From: Octopus sinensis
Lineage: Eukaryota
Direction of reading: 5' to 3'
DNA: 64,000 nt
NCBI RefSeq assembly: GCF_006345805.1
Contig: NC_043001.1
Location: 46,190,001-46,254,000 of the forward strand
Below, piece by piece: positions 62,495 to 64,000 of this stretch. Each line of letters opens with the position of its first letter. Within the stretch, counting starts at the first letter, position 1. The notes below the pieces were generated by a model. That model searched no databases, was not told where the DNA came from, and was given only the letters and a program-made list of their open reading frames with translations. The translations under genes were made by a program, and so were the position numbers.

Positions 62495-62741
62495 CTAGCT
62501 TCGGCGTCCAAAATGGCTGCTTCGTATAGAGTTCGGTATGGTACAGGAATCGGTACGAGGGGACCGTGGCGCTAGCGGTAGCATTGGCGGCGGCTCGGTA
62601 ATGTACAAACAGTTGTACTCATTCTTTTTTATATAATTTGACAAGTGGGTGGCAGGTTTGAAACGCGTCTCATAGAGAGCCGAGTTCGCATCCGGTCGAG
62701 GTCGAAGTTGCTGTATCATCTGCTCACAATGCGAAGTAGAG
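62495..62741 (-). CDS. Candidate terminal coding exon of a second minus-strand gene
   Basis: CpG-rich unique ORF (...QQLRPRPDANSALYETRFKPATHLSNYIKKNEYNCLYITEPPPMLPLAPRSPR...GRRS*); pyrimidine tract upstream; A-rich UTR-like sequence with AATAAA downstream; acceptor (GAG) weak. Confidence 0.35.
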
Positions 62742-63235
62742 CTCAGCGAAGGCAGTAAAGTAGACAATAAAGAAGAAAGAAAATTTAAATTAGATTCACA
62801 CGGTCTCTTTTACACTCTCTTTTTCCCTTCTCTCACTTCTACCACTCACGCAATATTTCAACTTCTCTTTCTCATAAACGTTTCTTTGTAGCCTGCCTTT
62901 TAATTGAATAATTCGGCAAGAATGGCACCGGGATATGATACAATAATAATAATAATAATATAATAATAATAATAATAATATAATAATAGTATTAGTAGTA
63001 GTAACAGCTGCAACATCAGCAGTACGTGGTGGCGAATTCTTTCTCTTTACGTACACGCGTATATTCTTTTTAGTTGACATTGTAACATACAAAATACACA
63101 GACACACACGTACACACAGTCACATACACAAGTTTTATATTTGTTGTAAAGTTGTCTATATACATCCCTATAAGAACACAAGAGTGAAGGTGAATCTATC
63201 CATCCGGAGATCCATCTGTCTGTATTTCTTACTAC

Positions 63236-63320
<85 letters not shown>

Positions 63321-63644
63321 CAAGAGAACAGTCGATTATATCAGTCCTTGCATTTCACTGATACTTTAGTTTATCCGCTTGGAAAAGATGAAATTTGTCG
63401 GCGAAATTTGAACTCTGACTGTAAAGCCGTAATATACATGGTTAAACATTTTGTCCAACGCTCTAACGATTCTACTAATCATTACATACATGCATACACA
63501 CACACACACACACACACACATATTTATGCCGAGTCCAGCAGGGAAACCTGGTTGATTAAAAAAATAAAATGGCGGTAGTTTGATTGCCAAGAATGAAAAA
63601 CCACGTTCATATAGGCATTGAACACCACAACGACTTTAGTAGCT

Positions 63645-64000
63645 ATGGAGCAGTGAAACGTGCGATATCGTGCTTTTGTGATCGAAATGGTTTTTAAAAG
63701 TGTTGCTTTGTATATTCAAACGCAGCGAAATTTTCGTCTGCACTTTAACGACGACTTTCATGAAAACACGCCGCGTCGGAATACGATTCTGTGTTGGCTA
63801 GACAATTTCAGATGGTTGGTTTAACGTTGGAGAAGAAACCATCGTGATGTGTGCAAAGTGTCGGAAATATCGAGAATATTGAGGTCATTAGACAGTCTGG
63901 AAGGAAACTTAGACATCACAACTTGTAGTGTGTGAAGAATATTGCACTTTGATTTATGATAAATTATCTATACAACAATTTTATAGTGCAAAAGAAAGAA
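63645..64000 (+). mobile_element. Tc1/mariner transposase N-terminal remnant (rosa/DD41D-like HTH), cut by the window edge
   Basis: MEQ*NVRYRAFVIEMVFK...IQTQRNFRLHFN...PRRNTILCWLDNFR. Confidence 0.6.

Overview
AT-rich, microsatellite-dense animal genomic DNA, most likely a coleoid cephalopod (Octopus-like). This is an inference from the repeat families, not a database match. Most of the window is tRNA-headed SINEs (labelled A-F here), simple repeats and decayed transposons: RTE, Tx1/L1 and RLE-type LINE pieces, Penelope-like remnants, several Tc1/mariner elements, pogo- and piggyBac-like MITEs, a doubly deleted Helitron and Helentron-like fragments. There is a 100-N gap at 47066-47165. No intact gene could be named, and most six-frame ORFs are microsatellite artefacts. 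Three signals stand out. (1) Six Penelope-type minimal hammerhead ribozyme motifs with a palindromic stem III; two have an intact catalytic core. (2) An RLE-endonuclease LINE whose copies sit inside (CATA)n arrays, suggesting microsatellite targeting. (3) A phase-compatible chain of very short minus-strand exons (32.7 kb to 7.1 kb) that could encode a small, possibly secreted protein. All coordinates and base pairings were read by eye; repeat boundaries are approximate.
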